From Desulfomonilia bacterium (GTDB lineage: Bacteria > Desulfobacterota > Desulfomonilia > UBA1062), in NCBI GenBank assembly GCA_963664325.2, contig CAXXDQ010000004.1, positions 384,001-448,000 on the forward strand: 64,000 bases of DNA, in the 5' to 3' direction. The position numbers were made by a program, and so were the translations under genes. The notes beneath the pieces were generated by a model. It was given only the letters and a program-made list of their open reading frames with translations, ran no database searches and had not been told where the DNA came from. How positions within the stretch are numbered: position 1 is the stretch's first letter; every line of letters starts with the position of its first letter. This document shows, piece after piece, positions 43,547-53,561 of this stretch.

Positions 43547-44944
43547 TCAACAATCCAGGTTTAACCCTTCAGGAAGGTCTTCTTTCCGTTCAAGGAAGCG
43601 GTACTGCCTGTAGGAAACCTCAAGCGCCCTGACTGCCTCTTCCGGCGATTCGAACAGCGGCACATTGTATGTATGCCTGTAGTTCATGGTTCTTTCTGCA
43701 GAATTAGGTGTATATATAGCCGCAGGTTTTCCATATTTATGGCACTTTGCCACAAGCTCCTTGATTGCTTCTATAACCATAGGATGCCACAGGCTGGGCA
43801 CTGCAAGCAGGCCGTCGACCTCGTTGGAATTAAGCAGGATGTCGAATATTTCCTGGAAAGTGCTCATGGATATGGCAGGCCCGAGGTCTATGGGATTTGT
43901 TAAATTAAAAAGATGGCCGGTTTTGCTCAGCTTAAAACGGGTTTCAACCGAAAGCGATGCCATTTCCAGTCCGGCCTCGACAAGCAGGTCTGCCGTTATG
44001 CCTCCGAAGGCCCCGGAATTGGTGAACACCGCTATCTTTTTGCCTTTCAGCAGGGGCATTGAAGTAAAGATTTTAGGCAGGGAATGGAGTTCGGTTATGC
44101 TTTTTAAACGGATAATACCGGCCTGTGAACAGGCTTTTTCAAACACGGTATCATTGTTTGCCATACCCGCGGTGTGCGACATGGCAGCCTTTGATCCTTC
44201 AGAGGTGCGGCCGACCTTGAAGGCCAGCATGGGCTTTTCCACTTTTGATGCCGTTTCAATCAGCTTGCGTCCGTTCTTGACATTTTCAAGGTACAACCCG
44301 ATTACCTGAGTGGAATCGTCCCTGCTGAAATATTCAATCATATCTGCTTCATCGATGTCCGATTTATTCCCGATGCTGACTACCTTGTTAACCTTGACGA
44401 TGTCCTTATGGAACGATTCAAGGATAATAACGACAATTCCGCCGCTCTGAATAATGTAAGAGATGCTTCCCTTGCTGTGGGCGAACGTATCAAAATCTTC
44501 CTGGGTGATCCCGTAGAAGCAGCAGAACTTGTTTTGCGTATTGAGCACACCAAGACAGTTCGGCCCCATAATGCGAATGCCGTGGCTCTTTGCCGTGGCC
44601 GAGATCTCTTTCTGATACGCCAGCCCGTCCAGTCCCCCCTCTGAAAAACCCGAACTCTCAATAATTATGTGTTTGATACCTTTTGCCGCGCATTGCTTTA
44701 CAAATTCAGGGACTGTAGGGGCAGGGGAAATTATCACTGCAAGTTCGACATCTCCTGGTATGTCGGTAACGCTTACATATCCGTTGCAGCCGTGTACGCT
44801 TTCGCCTTTGCGGTTCACGGCATAAACATTTCCGGTGAACAGGGAGTAAAGCTTGATTGTCTGGATAATTGTTGCACCGAGGTTGAAAAGGGAATTTGAA
44901 GCGCCGATTACTACTACCGATTTCGGATTGAAGAAGACATCCAT
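43547..44944 (-). CDS. Acyl-CoA synthetase (NDP-forming) alpha subunit, CoA-binding
   Basis: FNPKSV.VIGAS, GPNCLG, QSGG, GNK.D, SHTA phospho-His, TNSG; start at MDVFFNP. Confidence 0.9.
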   Translation of the reverse strand: MDVFFNPKSVVVIGASNSLFNLGATIIQTIKLYSLFTGNVYAVNRKGESVHGCNGYVSVTDIPGDVELAVIISPAPTVPEFVKQCAAKGIKHIIIESSGFSEGGLDGLAYQKEISATAKSHGIRIMGPNCLGVLNTQNKFCCFYGITQEDFDTFAHSKGSISYIIQSGGIVVIILESFHKDIVKVNKVVSIGNKSDIDEADMIEYFSRDDSTQVIGLYLENVKNGRKLIETASKVEKPMLAFKVGRTSEGSKAAMSHTAGMANNDTVFEKACSQAGIIRLKSITELHSLPKIFTSMPLLKGKKIAVFTNSGAFGGITADLLVEAGLEMASLSVETRFKLSKTGHLFNLTNPIDLGPAISMSTFQEIFDILLNSNEVDGLLAVPSLWHPMVIEAIKELVAKCHKYGKPAAIYTPNSAERTMNYRHTYNVPLFESPEEAVRALEVSYRQYRFLERKEDLPEGLNLDC

Positions 44945-45133
44945 AGCTGAAAAAGTCCTTTTGACGGGACAGATACAATCGGTTAAGAAAAATGTCAATT
45001 AATCTTAGTATTTCAAAAGGCCCATCTGTTTGATTTTTTAGCGGCATTGGCATATAAATAAAAACTCCTGAACCGGGACAGAGCAGACGGTTTATAAAAA
45101 CTTCCGGTAAAAAAACAAGAGGAGGAACAAATC

Positions 45134-45730
45134 TTGAAACGAGCCCTTATTGCAGTAACAGTGATGGTTGCCTTTGCGTGTACCGCTTATGCGGCGGATA
45201 CACAGAAACCTGCCAAAACATCAGGGAAAAATCCGGTTGTACTGGTTCAGACCAGCATGGGAAATATAAAACTGGAGCTGTTCGAAAAAGAAGCGCCCTT
45301 AAGTGTGAAAAACTTCCTGGCCTATGTAAAATCCGGTTTTTACTCGGGCACCATTTTCCACCGGGTGATCCCGAACTTCATGATACAGGGTGGAGGGTTC
45401 ACGGTGGATTTTAAGGAGAAGCCCACAAATCCTCCGATAAAGAACGAGGCCGGAAACGGCATCAAGAACGCGCGCGGCACGCTTGCAATGGCCCGTACAT
45501 TTATTGTTGACTCGGCCTCTGCACAGTTTTTCATCAACGTGAGAGATAACGATTTTCTGAATCACAGCAGCAACTCCATGCAGGGTTACGGCTATGCCGT
45601 TTTCGGCAAGGTGATTGAAGGCATGGATGTAGTGGATAAGATAGCAGCGGTCCCTACAGGCATGCACGGTGATTTTTCCGATGTCCCCAAGAAAGAGATC
45701 CTTATCGATTCCATGAAAGTGCTCAAATAG
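45134..45730 (+). CDS. ppiA: Periplasmic cyclophilin peptidyl-prolyl isomerase
   Basis: Signal peptide; FHRVIPNFMIQGGG, GTLAMAR, QFFIN, YAVFGKV. Confidence 0.93.
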   Translation: MKRALIAVTVMVAFACTAYAADTQKPAKTSGKNPVVLVQTSMGNIKLELFEKEAPLSVKNFLAYVKSGFYSGTIFHRVIPNFMIQGGGFTVDFKEKPTNPPIKNEAGNGIKNARGTLAMARTFIVDSASAQFFINVRDNDFLNHSSNSMQGYGYAVFGKVIEGMDVVDKIAAVPTGMHGDFSDVPKKEILIDSMKVLK

Positions 45731-45768
45731 CATTAAGCGGTTATCTGCGGTTTGCTGCAGGCCTTCTG

Positions 45769-45811
45769 TCGCCGCGGGCAATGGTATAATCTTTGTCCGT
45801 GGCGATGTTTT
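45769..45811 (+). terminator. Hairpin after ppiA (possible terminator); its loop contains TGGTATAAT
   Basis: TCGCCGCGGGCAA/TTGTCCGTGGCGA 13-bp stem with 2 G-U pairs, then TGTTTT. Confidence 0.55.
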
Positions 45812-45850
45812 AACTTGCAAATGAACGGATTTTGATGCTAAACGCCCGCT

Positions 45851-45931
45851 ATGAAAAATTCATTACCACATCATATTAATGTTCATGAAAGTCCTGAACA
45901 CTGGATTAATTCAGGAAACACGCCACCCTGA
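45851..45931 (+). CDS. Putative 26-aa leader peptide upstream of prfC
   Basis: MKNSLPHHINVHESPEHWINSGNTPP-TGA; 6 nt downstream of a TG-c-TAAACG -10-like element. Confidence 0.4.
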   Translation: MKNSLPHHINVHESPEHWINSGNTPP

Positions 45932-46057
45932 TATTATAAGACCTTTTATTTATCGGAAGATTAATTCTTTTCTAAGGCCAGAGGATTTCAGAAGGTTTTC
46001 GGATTGAGCTTCTAATAAAAACCCGGCAAAGCCGAACAGTAAAAAAGGTAGAACAAT

Positions 46058-47674
46058 ATGACTAGTATGAATAATGAAATCAACAGGCGCAGGACATTGG
46101 CGATTGTCTCGCATCCCGATGCGGGCAAGACGACCCTTACGGAAAAGCTGCTCCTCTACGGCGGAGCCGTGCAGCTGGCGGGTTCTGTCAAGGCCAGGAA
46201 AAACCAGCGTTCCACAACTTCGGACTGGATGGAACTCGAACGCCAGCGCGGGATTTCCATCAGCTCGACCGTGCTCTCTTTCGAATATAACGGGCATCTC
46301 ATCAACCTGCTTGATACCCCCGGGCACAAGGATTTTTCAGAAGACACCTACCGCGTGCTGACTGCCGTTGATGCGGCAATAATGGTCATTGATGCTGGAA
46401 AAGGTATCGAAAGCCAGACGAAAAAACTCTTTGAAGTCTGCAGGATGCGGGGCATCCCCATATTCACCTTCATGAACAAGATGGACAGGCCGTCACGGGA
46501 CCCTCTGGAACTGCTGGATGAGCTTGAAAGTGTTCTGGGGATAGGGGCTTATCCAATAAACTGGCCTTTGGGCACAGGGCCTCAATTCAAGGGGATATGG
46601 GACAGGCGGACAAAGCTGGCCCATTTCTTCGAACGTACACCGGGAGGTTCTTTCCGGGCGCCTGTTTCAACCTTCGGCCTGACAGATCCGGTCGTCAAGG
46701 ATCAGCTTGATGAAGCGACTTATAAAAACGTATGCGAAGAGCTGGAAATGCTGGACGGAGCCGGTACGTATTACAGACAGACCGAGGTGCTTGACGGAAG
46801 GATCACACCGGTCTTTTTCGGGAGTGCATCGAATAACTTCGGCGTACAGCTCCTGCTTGACGGGTTTATCGAACAATCGGCGCCGCCCATGCCGCGCATG
46901 AGCCGGGGTTTTCCAGTAAAGCCCGAAACCGATACATTCTCGGGGTTTGTTTTCAAGATTCACGCCAACATGGACCCGAACCACCGTGACAGGATTGTGT
47001 TCATCCGGATCGTATCGGGCTGTTTCACCCGGGATATGACGGTGACTCATGTGCCGAGCGGTAAGAAGCTCAGGCTTTCCAATTCGAACAAGATATTCGG
47101 CCGCGACAGAGAGACCGTCGACGAGGCGTATCCGGGAGATGTCATCGGAATCGCCGGCGCTAAAACTCTTTCCATAGGGGATACACTCACTGAAGATCCC
47201 GGAGTGATGTTTAACGAAATTCCGCGGTTTCCTCCCGAATGTTTCGCCTTTCTTCACAATGAGATCCCGTCCAATTATAAACGGTTCTACGATGGATTGA
47301 ACCAGTTGCTTGCAGAGGGAGTGGTGCATGTCTTTGAACTGCCCGATGCCGCACAAAAAAAACCTCTTCTTGCAGCTGTCGGGCCTTTGCAGTTCGAGAT
47401 CGTAAAATACCGGCTGGAATCGGAATACGGGGCGTCTTCCCGTCTTGAAATAGCGGACTGGACTCTGGCCAGGTGGTTCAAGGACCCTGCCGTCAATACT
47501 GAAAACCTTCAGCTGCCGACAGGCTCGAAAATAGCCAGAGACCGTACGGGACAGTCTGTACTGCTGCTTCCCACGGAATGGAACCTGAGATATTTCATCC
47601 AGAACAACAAGGATGTCGAACTGAGCGAATACCCGGCGACGGCGCCTGAAGACGCATTGCAGAGGGTCGCTTAA
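46058..47674 (+). CDS. prfC: Peptide chain release factor 3
   Basis: SHPDAGKTTLTEK, SDWMELE..RGIS, DTPGH.DFSEDTYR, VG.LQF. Confidence 0.97.
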   Translation: MTSMNNEINRRRTLAIVSHPDAGKTTLTEKLLLYGGAVQLAGSVKARKNQRSTTSDWMELERQRGISISSTVLSFEYNGHLINLLDTPGHKDFSEDTYRVLTAVDAAIMVIDAGKGIESQTKKLFEVCRMRGIPIFTFMNKMDRPSRDPLELLDELESVLGIGAYPINWPLGTGPQFKGIWDRRTKLAHFFERTPGGSFRAPVSTFGLTDPVVKDQLDEATYKNVCEELEMLDGAGTYYRQTEVLDGRITPVFFGSASNNFGVQLLLDGFIEQSAPPMPRMSRGFPVKPETDTFSGFVFKIHANMDPNHRDRIVFIRIVSGCFTRDMTVTHVPSGKKLRLSNSNKIFGRDRETVDEAYPGDVIGIAGAKTLSIGDTLTEDPGVMFNEIPRFPPECFAFLHNEIPSNYKRFYDGLNQLLAEGVVHVFELPDAAQKKPLLAAVGPLQFEIVKYRLESEYGASSRLEIADWTLARWFKDPAVNTENLQLPTGSKIARDRTGQSVLLLPTEWNLRYFIQNNKDVELSEYPATAPEDALQRVA

Positions 47675-47693
47675 CAGAGAAATGCCCGGATTA

Positions 47694-48533
47694 TTATATA
47701 GGCTTCATGCCCAGGATTTTCCGGGCCTCTTCGGGGGTTGCCACTTCGCGCCCGATCTCACGCGCAAGTCGAACCACCCTTTCAGCCAGCTGGGCGTTGC
47801 TTTTTGCGAGCTCCCCTTTTTTATAATAGATGTTGTCCTCAAGGCCGACCCGGACGTTTCCGCCCATAATCAATGAAGCCACGTTCATCTCCATCTGAAA
47901 GCGCCCTATCCCGGATACGTTGAAGATCGAGCCTTCCGGCAGGAGATCTATCATGGAAAGCAGGTTTTTTGTCGTTCCGGCATATCCGCCCATGCCGTCA
48001 ACGCCCATGACGCAGTTAATGTAATAAGGCTTTTTGAGCAGGTTTTTCCTGATAAGGTTTTCGACTTCGCCGAACATCGACGGATTGTAAACTTCCAGTT
48101 CGGGCTTGATGTCCAGTTCAATCATTTTAGCGGCGAACGCCTCTATTTCACTGCGCAGGTTCATGAACAGGCTTTCCTTTTTCTCTTTTCCAATGAAAAA
48201 CACAACGGAACCCATATTGAGAGATGCGGATTCGGGCCCGGCATTGAGGCTTAAAACCCGTTCATTTATCGGGATGCCAACACCGCCGGTCGTATTCTGT
48301 ATGATGACAGGGCATTTCGCCCTGATGCCTGAATTGATCTCCTTGAATATTTCGGCGTTGCCTATGCTTCGGCCCTGTTTATCCCGGGCATGCAGGTGAA
48401 CGATAGAAACTCCTGCATTATAGCAGTCGTAAGCATCCTTTATGATTTCATCAGGCTGCTCGGGCAGGTTCGGGTTTGCCTCCTTGCCCTGCATCGCTCC
48501 TGTGAGCGCCGCAGTTATTATAAGTTTTTCCAT
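47694..48533 (-). CDS. Beta-keto acid cleavage enzyme family (DUF849/Kce-like)
   Basis: IITAA.TG, HLHARD zinc ligands, TTGG, PELE, VRVGLED. Confidence 0.92.
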   Translation of the reverse strand: MEKLIITAALTGAMQGKEANPNLPEQPDEIIKDAYDCYNAGVSIVHLHARDKQGRSIGNAEIFKEINSGIRAKCPVIIQNTTGGVGIPINERVLSLNAGPESASLNMGSVVFFIGKEKKESLFMNLRSEIEAFAAKMIELDIKPELEVYNPSMFGEVENLIRKNLLKKPYYINCVMGVDGMGGYAGTTKNLLSMIDLLPEGSIFNVSGIGRFQMEMNVASLIMGGNVRVGLEDNIYYKKGELAKSNAQLAERVVRLAREIGREVATPEEARKILGMKPI

Positions 48534-48626
48534 TGCCGCCTCCTGTCGTTTGTTCAGATTCTTCGAGGTTTTTTATCTCCGATGTTTTGGCCATATTTGT
48601 CAAGATGAAGTGACAAGGTGGAACTT

Positions 48627-51266
48627 CTACTTTATTAAAATTCTCAGGGGCCTGCTTTTCGATATGGTTATCTTGTTATCAAGCAGAAGTTCTCCCTTTT
48701 TCTGAACAAAGCCGATCTCTGTTTCGCCAAGCAATAATTTCTTTACCGTACTTTTTGAAAGGTAAGGAAGATTGATGCGGCGCAGAATGAGGTTGCCGTA
48801 AAGCACTCTGATCTCGGTAAATACTTTTTGCTTGTACACTTCACCCCAGCCAGAGGAGAGTGACCAGAAGCATCTGAATCGGTCATGAGTATGCCAGATG
48901 ACTGGATTGAAGCCGATCAGGCCCTTGGCCGTATCGAATTCAAATCCGCTGAACGCGTTAAGCAGGGCATAACTCGCCATTGACCGGGCATAATTGCTGC
49001 CGCATTCAAACTCGTTGAACGGGTTGCGCTTTTCGCCGTCGTAGCGCTCGCGCACGGCTTTCACGACAGACATGCCTTCCTTGACCATGCCTCTCTGTAT
49101 CATATGGCCAGCAGCCGCATATTCATAGCCGTTCTGCGTTTCCTGCGAATAGGTCAAAGGGATCGAAGGCCGGGGCCTTTTACCTGGCCACTCGCAAACG
49201 ATCAGCCCCTTTTCGTCGTTAATGCAGTATACCCGGCAGGGGTTGGGAAAATCGCGCATGGATTTAAAGTTGTATTTGTAAAGGGAAGCGAGAGATTTTT
49301 TTGTCTGTACAGGGTCGAAGATTTCACCGAGCCCATACAGGTTCGCATGCCACTGTGCAAGCACCTGGTCGATGTCGCACCCCTGACCTATCTGATATTT
49401 GATCTCAGCGTGCTCTGCATCCCAGTATTCACCTGCAGCATCGAATTTTTCAGGAATGGTTTTGTCTTTCAGATCAATAAGCTGGCAATAATATTCTCCG
49501 CCATAAAGGTTGGCATCAGCCCAGGCCTTTCCTTTCCTGAACAGGGTCATATATTCCGAGGCCGTAACCGTTTCACCTAGATGGTCGGCCATTTCAGCTC
49601 CGGCCTTCAGGGCCGCCAGGTAAAATCCCGTCAGCCATGAGTTCGGGCCGAACAGCTCCATGTCGAGCGTATGATGCTGGCGCCCCTGAAGTACCCCCGT
49701 TTTTTCCGGGTCCCATGCGTCTATATTGGTTTCAGCCCAGGCAAACTCGATGGACTTCCTGACTGCAGGCCAGATGTTTTTCAGCCAGGTCGTGTCACCG
49801 CTTATTTTCCAGTCGCGGTAAACCTTGAGTACATTTCCGAAAAGCCCGTCTGCGCAGGACCTTCCGCCCTGGTCGTCAGAGCCTACAGAGCCGCCCGCTC
49901 CCCCGGGATGCATAATTCCCAGGGGCAGTTTGAGGCGGAATGGCATGCCGCCGTTTGGCTGCTGGTTGTAGCGATAATCGGCGTCCCGCATGGACCTCTC
50001 AAGTTTCGGAAAAAGAAACGGAAGGGCCTGGGCGTAGTTCCAGACATGAGTGCACGAGCCCTCACAGCAGCCTGTATTGCAGAAGCATCCCTCCCACCCG
50101 TAAAAGGTCCCGTCTTCAAGCCTCATGACGGACGGTGATTTGAGTACGGACAGGTTTGACGATACGGCTTCGATAGCCTCAACCGGCAGGTCGGAAGCCC
50201 AAAGAGCGTTCTTGAAAAGAAGAGTCTCTTTGTAAAGGCGGTCCTGGTTTTTAAGAGCGTAGATGCCGCTTTCCTTCGAATCCTTCCATATGATTGCATA
50301 GTAGTTCTTCCATGTTAACGGTATGCCCGCTTTTTTTGCGAGTTCCGTGGCGTTAGCGTCCCAGTAGTTCTGGCAGTTGGGAAAGTTCCAGCTGATGACA
50401 AATCTGACGCTTTTTCTTGCTCCGGGTTTAATCAACATATGCGCAGCAAGCGTGCCGTGATTATATCCTCCGGCCTGCTCCGGACTGTATATGCGGTTAG
50501 CAAGCCTGCCGGGCGTGGTCATGTCCTTCCAGTAGATTTCAAGGCTGTCGAACCAGTTGCCCCTGTACCAGTACTGCTGGGCGCTAACATCTTTTGCGTC
50601 GGTCGAAATGCACAGATCGCCGAATCCCGGGTCAATGGGCTTGAAGAAATCGGCTGTCATGAACAGGGAAGTAATGCCGTCTTCTTTTGAAATCATGTTG
50701 CTGCTCACTCCGGGCAGCGAGTTTGTCAGAGTTCCCGTGATTGTATAAAGAACCGGTTTTGAGTATGTGTTTTTAACCTCGATATCGAAAAAGGCCGCCG
50801 GGATGCCGGAATCCATGTCGTTAAGGGGAATGAACGGATTGAACGCTGTCAAGATCACATTTCCCGGAAACCTCTTTTCTTTAAAATCAAGCTTGGCGAT
50901 CGGATATTCTCCGGTGAATTCGACCGATCTGAAATGGGGAAGGCCTGCCAGGAATTCCCTCGCCGGACCGAAGCCATAGCCGGTGCCGCTGCCCGTATAT
51001 GGCGGGTGCAGGTCTCCGTTCAGTATCCTGGCATCCAGGATTTTACCGCCGCTTTCCGCCCTGACAGCAAAATGTGAAAAGCCGTTTACACTGCCCTTGT
51101 TGGGCCGGTTGAAGATCTCCCAGTCGATCAGCCTGCCGTTTCCTGCAAGTCCGATGCAGCCAGACCCGATGCCGCCGATAGGGAAGCTTATTTCTTTAAG
51201 TTGCTGCTTTCTGTATATGCGGGGAGAGCCTTTTTCATGGTTATTTTTAGCGGATTGCCGTGCCAT
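48627..51266 (-). CDS. Glycoside hydrolase family 116 protein
   Basis: [45 protein letters not shown]. Confidence 0.88.
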   Translation of the reverse strand: MARQSAKNNHEKGSPRIYRKQQLKEISFPIGGIGSGCIGLAGNGRLIDWEIFNRPNKGSVNGFSHFAVRAESGGKILDARILNGDLHPPYTGSGTGYGFGPAREFLAGLPHFRSVEFTGEYPIAKLDFKEKRFPGNVILTAFNPFIPLNDMDSGIPAAFFDIEVKNTYSKPVLYTITGTLTNSLPGVSSNMISKEDGITSLFMTADFFKPIDPGFGDLCISTDAKDVSAQQYWYRGNWFDSLEIYWKDMTTPGRLANRIYSPEQAGGYNHGTLAAHMLIKPGARKSVRFVISWNFPNCQNYWDANATELAKKAGIPLTWKNYYAIIWKDSKESGIYALKNQDRLYKETLLFKNALWASDLPVEAIEAVSSNLSVLKSPSVMRLEDGTFYGWEGCFCNTGCCEGSCTHVWNYAQALPFLFPKLERSMRDADYRYNQQPNGGMPFRLKLPLGIMHPGGAGGSVGSDDQGGRSCADGLFGNVLKVYRDWKISGDTTWLKNIWPAVRKSIEFAWAETNIDAWDPEKTGVLQGRQHHTLDMELFGPNSWLTGFYLAALKAGAEMADHLGETVTASEYMTLFRKGKAWADANLYGGEYYCQLIDLKDKTIPEKFDAAGEYWDAEHAEIKYQIGQGCDIDQVLAQWHANLYGLGEIFDPVQTKKSLASLYKYNFKSMRDFPNPCRVYCINDEKGLIVCEWPGKRPRPSIPLTYSQETQNGYEYAAAGHMIQRGMVKEGMSVVKAVRERYDGEKRNPFNEFECGSNYARSMASYALLNAFSGFEFDTAKGLIGFNPVIWHTHDRFRCFWSLSSGWGEVYKQKVFTEIRVLYGNLILRRINLPYLSKSTVKKLLLGETEIGFVQKKGELLLDNKITISKSRPLRILIK

Positions 51267-51483
51267 GCTTGCCTCCTTGCCAATGTCTTATGATTTTCAT
51301 CGTTGACCGGCCTTTTCTGAAAAGGGCCGGTTTTTTCGGGAGATTGAAGTATAAGTTTTTTTAGATAGGTTTCCAATAAGATTTCTCTGAAATTTCGGGA
51401 AGAAAAATAAGGCAACTTTTTATTCGGAAAAACCAAAATGAAGAAACAGCTCCTGCTGGGCTTTATAGATACAAATCCGGTGA

Positions 51484-53055
51484 TCAGAAGGCCCTTGCAA
51501 GGATTGCATCGGCGGCCCTGACGCCGTCGACAGCAGAACTTACTATGCCGCCTGCATACCCGGCGCCTTCGCCTGCCGGGTACAAACCGGACACGGAAAC
51601 GGACTGCATATCGTCACCGCGCAGTATGCGAAGAGGGGAAGATGTCCTGGTCTCGACTCCGATGAGCACTGCCTCTTCCGTCATAAATCCCTTCATCCTT
51701 TTTTCGAAATGTCTTAATGCCAGCCTTATTTCGGAGGCGATCCACTCAGGTAGATAAGAGTGGTCTGACGGTTTGATGCCGGGCAGGAAAGATGAAGCAG
51801 GAAGATCACCGCAGGTTTTTTTTGCGGCAAACGAGGTGATACGCTGGGCCGGGGCGCAAAAACCGCCGCCGCCTGCGGCAAAGGCGGCCTTTTCGAGTGA
51901 CCGTTGAAAATTTATGCCTGCCAGGATATCCCCCTTAATGTCATCCGGCCCTATGGTTACCACTATGGCGGCATTTGAAAAGAGGCCGTCCCTTTTGGAA
52001 AAACTCATACCGTTTGTACAGAGCATGCCGGGCTCCGATGAGGAATTGATAACCTCCCCGCCCGGGCACATGCAGAAGGAATATGTCCCGCGGCCGGTAG
52101 ACTTGTTGTTGAATGTCAATACGTACTCCGCTGCGGGAAGCACCCCTTTTCCGGCAACAGGCCCGTATTGCATACGGTTGATGAGTTCCGCAGGATGCTC
52201 GGCCCTGAGACCTATAGCGAACCCTTTTTTTGTTAAGGAGACGCCAGAGCCTTCAAGCATTTCATAGGTGTCACGGGCGGAATGACCTGTTGCCAGCACC
52301 ACTGCGTCAGCAAGGTATTCGTTGCCCGTTTCCGTAATAAAACCTTTAACCTTTGAATCGTGTAAGATAAGCGAGACGGCCTTTTCGGAAAAATAAATTC
52401 GCGATCCCGAATTCAGAATATATTTCCTTATATTTCTGATTATTACTCTAAGCGTGTCCGTGCCCAGATGAGGTTTCTGCTCATACCTTATTTCTTCAGG
52501 GGCGCCCATTTCAACAAGCCTGTCAAACATCCAGGCGATTTCAGGTCTGCGGGTTCGGGTCGTGAGCTTGCCGTCGGAATATGTTCCGGCACCACCCTCT
52601 CCGAAAAGCACGTTGCTGTCTATATTGAGGAGTCCTCTTTGTTTGAGCTGTTCGATGTCCGCAATCCTTTCTTCAACGGGCTTGCCCCTTTCTATTATTG
52701 TTGCCGTACCGCCTGCTTCAATAAGCCTTAATGCACAGAATAGTCCGGCTGGACCGGACCCGGCTATGATTACCCTGGGAAGGCTCGCCAGACGCCGAGC
52801 CGGAATGTTCAAAGGCGATTCAGTCTTGATGCTTATCCCGGGGATCTTCAGCAGACGCCGGGCATCTTCCTCAGAGACATCAGCTTCGATTCTGTAACAC
52901 CATACGATAGCAGCCTTGTTGCGGGCATCAAGCGATTTCCTGAGAATTTTAAACGGGGTGCTGCCCGGCAGGTTATATAGACTTACAAGTTTTCCAGAAA
53001 GGCCGTCTGAATTTTCGAACGGCGAGAGTTCAATGGAATCAAAAACGAGGTTCAT
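51484..53055 (-). CDS. Uncharacterised FAD-dependent oxidoreductase
   Basis: GSGPAG, ERG, FGEGGAGTYSDGKL, FCMCPGG, ETRTSSP, GEGAGYAGGI.S.A.DG. Confidence 0.9.
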   Translation of the reverse strand: MNLVFDSIELSPFENSDGLSGKLVSLYNLPGSTPFKILRKSLDARNKAAIVWCYRIEADVSEEDARRLLKIPGISIKTESPLNIPARRLASLPRVIIAGSGPAGLFCALRLIEAGGTATIIERGKPVEERIADIEQLKQRGLLNIDSNVLFGEGGAGTYSDGKLTTRTRRPEIAWMFDRLVEMGAPEEIRYEQKPHLGTDTLRVIIRNIRKYILNSGSRIYFSEKAVSLILHDSKVKGFITETGNEYLADAVVLATGHSARDTYEMLEGSGVSLTKKGFAIGLRAEHPAELINRMQYGPVAGKGVLPAAEYVLTFNNKSTGRGTYSFCMCPGGEVINSSSEPGMLCTNGMSFSKRDGLFSNAAIVVTIGPDDIKGDILAGINFQRSLEKAAFAAGGGGFCAPAQRITSFAAKKTCGDLPASSFLPGIKPSDHSYLPEWIASEIRLALRHFEKRMKGFMTEEAVLIGVETRTSSPLRILRGDDMQSVSVSGLYPAGEGAGYAGGIVSSAVDGVRAADAILARAF

Positions 53056-53561
53056 TTAGGTTTTCTTCGAAGTGCCTTTACGTAAATGATTTTTCCGTCT
53101 CCAGGCATGTAGTAGTCTTTAAGGAAGGCTTCCTTTTTGTAGCCGCAGCGCTTGTAAAATGCCTGTGTCGGGATATACAGGTCCCTTGCCGAAGTCTCGA
53201 TATAAATACGCCTGCAGCCCACAGCAGATGCAATTTTTTCAGTCTCCTTCAGAAGGGATTCGCCAATGCCTTTCCTCTGATGCCGGGGATGTACGGCGAT
53301 CCAGTACAGGTCGAAACTGCCGAAGGTGCAGGGTATTTCTCCGAAGCACGTATATCCTGCAATGTGACCGGCAATATCCGCAAAAAGAAAACTGTACCCG
53401 CTCTCTGTTCCGTATTCCAGCCTGTCGAGAGCAAGTTCAACACCGATCTCTATTTCCTCATGATGGAAAAAGCCGGTTAAAGTGAGTATTTCATGGATGG
53501 AAGCGATATCTTCCTTACGTATGTCATGCCTGAAAACAAGTTCAGGGTTTAACATAAGCAT
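53052..53561 (-). CDS. GNAT-family N-acetyltransferase
   Basis: LYWIAV...Q.KGIG motif A; FY...GY. Confidence 0.9.
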   Translation of the reverse strand: MLMLNPELVFRHDIRKEDIASIHEILTLTGFFHHEEIEIGVELALDRLEYGTESGYSFLFADIAGHIAGYTCFGEIPCTFGSFDLYWIAVHPRHQRKGIGESLLKETEKIASAVGCRRIYIETSARDLYIPTQAFYKRCGYKKEAFLKDYYMPGDGKIIYVKALRRKPK

